From a virus (Duplodnaviria; Caudoviricetes), in IMG/VR virus record IMGVR_UViG_3300014775_000384, positions 1 through 36,276 of that record: 36,276 bases of DNA; one strand, given 5' to 3'. The position numbers and the translations under genes were made by a program. The notes beneath the pieces were generated by a model that was not told the DNA's origin, did no database searches, and saw nothing but the letters and a program-made list of their open reading frames with translations. Each line of letters begins with the position of its first letter. The first letter of the stretch is position 1. This document shows, piece by piece, positions 35,519 to 36,276 of this stretch.

Positions 35519-35546
35519 AAAAAAGGGCCGCCCTAAGGCAGCCCTC
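35519..35546 (-). terminator. intrinsic terminator
   Basis: - strand GAGGGCTGCC-TTAG-GGCGGCCCTT-TTTT. Confidence 0.85.
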
Positions 35547-35565
35547 TTCCGCTAGGGTTATGGAG

Positions 35566-36276
35566 TTAGGCAATCTCCGAGAGTTGCCGTTCAATTTCTG
35601 TAAGTACAGAAGAGCCCTTGTCCGTGAGGCAGAAGCGCGTCAGGACATCAACTTCGTCCTGTCCGACAGGCACCCCTACGATTACTGCACCGCTGTCGAA
35701 CCATGTGATGGCTCCACCCTTGTAGCGCAGAATCTGAAAGTCGAAGGCCTGCATGACTGACACGCGGGTCTGGACGATTGGGTTGTCGAAAAGGTCGATG
35801 AACTCCTGTGGCTTGGTCTTAGCAGCATTCACGAGAGCACGCTTGATGGCGATGTTCTCTTGGTTTGTATTGATGTTCAAGCTAAGTGCGACAGGCAAAA
35901 GCTCCTCGATAGAGCGAGACTTAATCATCTGAATCGCGTCAGTGATAAGGAAGTCTCTGTCGATGGTTGATTCCACCTTGGCTTCGGTATCGGACATCTT
36001 GAAGATAGAACCACCGTTGGCTACGTTGCCCGGATGTACGTTCAAGAACTCACGAAGGTTTGGCTTGGTGTAAGGAACCATCAACACGTTCTGACGGAAG
36101 ATGACTTGGCTGCGTGTAGCTGCATCGCTCTGCTCGTCTCTCCAGATGGAGGGCTCGTTGGCGCAGTAACGAATCTCGCGCACTCTACCAGTCTCTTCGT
36201 CGTAGACGTTGACTCGGTTGTTGGCAAGTTTCAGGTAGACGCCGCCCCCGTAGGAGAAGTAGTAGACGTCCTGCTT
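35566..36276 (-). CDS. conserved protein typically encoded just downstream of the major capsid gene in crAss-like/Flavobacteriia phages (5' truncated by the window)
   Basis: Frame is open to the window edge (KQDVYYFSYGGG...YDEETGRVREIRYC.NE.SI..DEQ...FL..HP.N). Confidence 0.75.
   Translation of the reverse strand, partial: KQDVYYFSYGGGVYLKLANNRVNVYDEETGRVREIRYCANEPSIWRDEQSDAATRSQVIFRQNVLMVPYTKPNLREFLNVHPGNVANGGSIFKMSDTEAKVESTIDRDFLITDAIQMIKSRSIEELLPVALSLNINTNQENIAIKRALVNAAKTKPQEFIDLFDNPIVQTRVSVMQAFDFQILRYKGGAITWFDSGAVIVGVPVGQDEVDVLTRFCLTDKGSSVLTEIERQLSEIA

Noticed and set aside
14190-35760. Many + strand ORFs opposite the structural genes (e.g. 26050..26709, 26951..27742, 18383..18997)
   Set aside because: Antisense shadows of codon-biased genes; no start context or recognisable motifs
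1-36276. Stop-codon reassignment as in some crAss-like phages
   Set aside because: Genes are intact and tightly packed under code 11; no fragmentation and no suppressor tRNA seen
1-36276. CRISPR array, DGR/retron, integrase, intron or intein
   Set aside because: No spaced direct repeats, reverse transcriptase, recombinase, homing endonuclease or intein motifs detected

Overview
Fragment of a tailed dsDNA phage genome, most likely a podovirus-type phage of a Bacteroidota (Flavobacteriia-like) host. The host call is inferred from TAnnTTTG-type promoters, SD-less A-rich start contexts and a BT4734/VirE-N primase-helicase. Two transcription blocks converge at about 11.9 kb. The + strand (1-11898) holds a dense array of small, mostly acidic or membrane early genes and a highly structured ~200-nt intergenic RNA (612-815). 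It then carries a recombination/replication block: Erf, RecE-like exonuclease, SSB-like protein, DnaA-C-like HTH, DUF1599/Nmad1, primase-helicase, T7 endo I-like resolvase and a PD-(D/E)XK nuclease. The - strand (36276-11891) holds a crAss-like virion module (post-capsid protein, two ring/tail-tube proteins, a 1915-aa muzzle). It continues with three ejected cargo proteins and a translationally coupled cassette of a holin and small membrane/Cys peptides. The most striking element is a 3601-aa polyvalent protein: a HExxH peptidase, two ART-like, two GNAT-like, one HhH-glycosylase-like and one LPD38 module, separated by a recurring K-A-Q motif, with an A10 slippery run after the N-terminal repeat. 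Family assignments are from motif recognition by eye; no searches were run.
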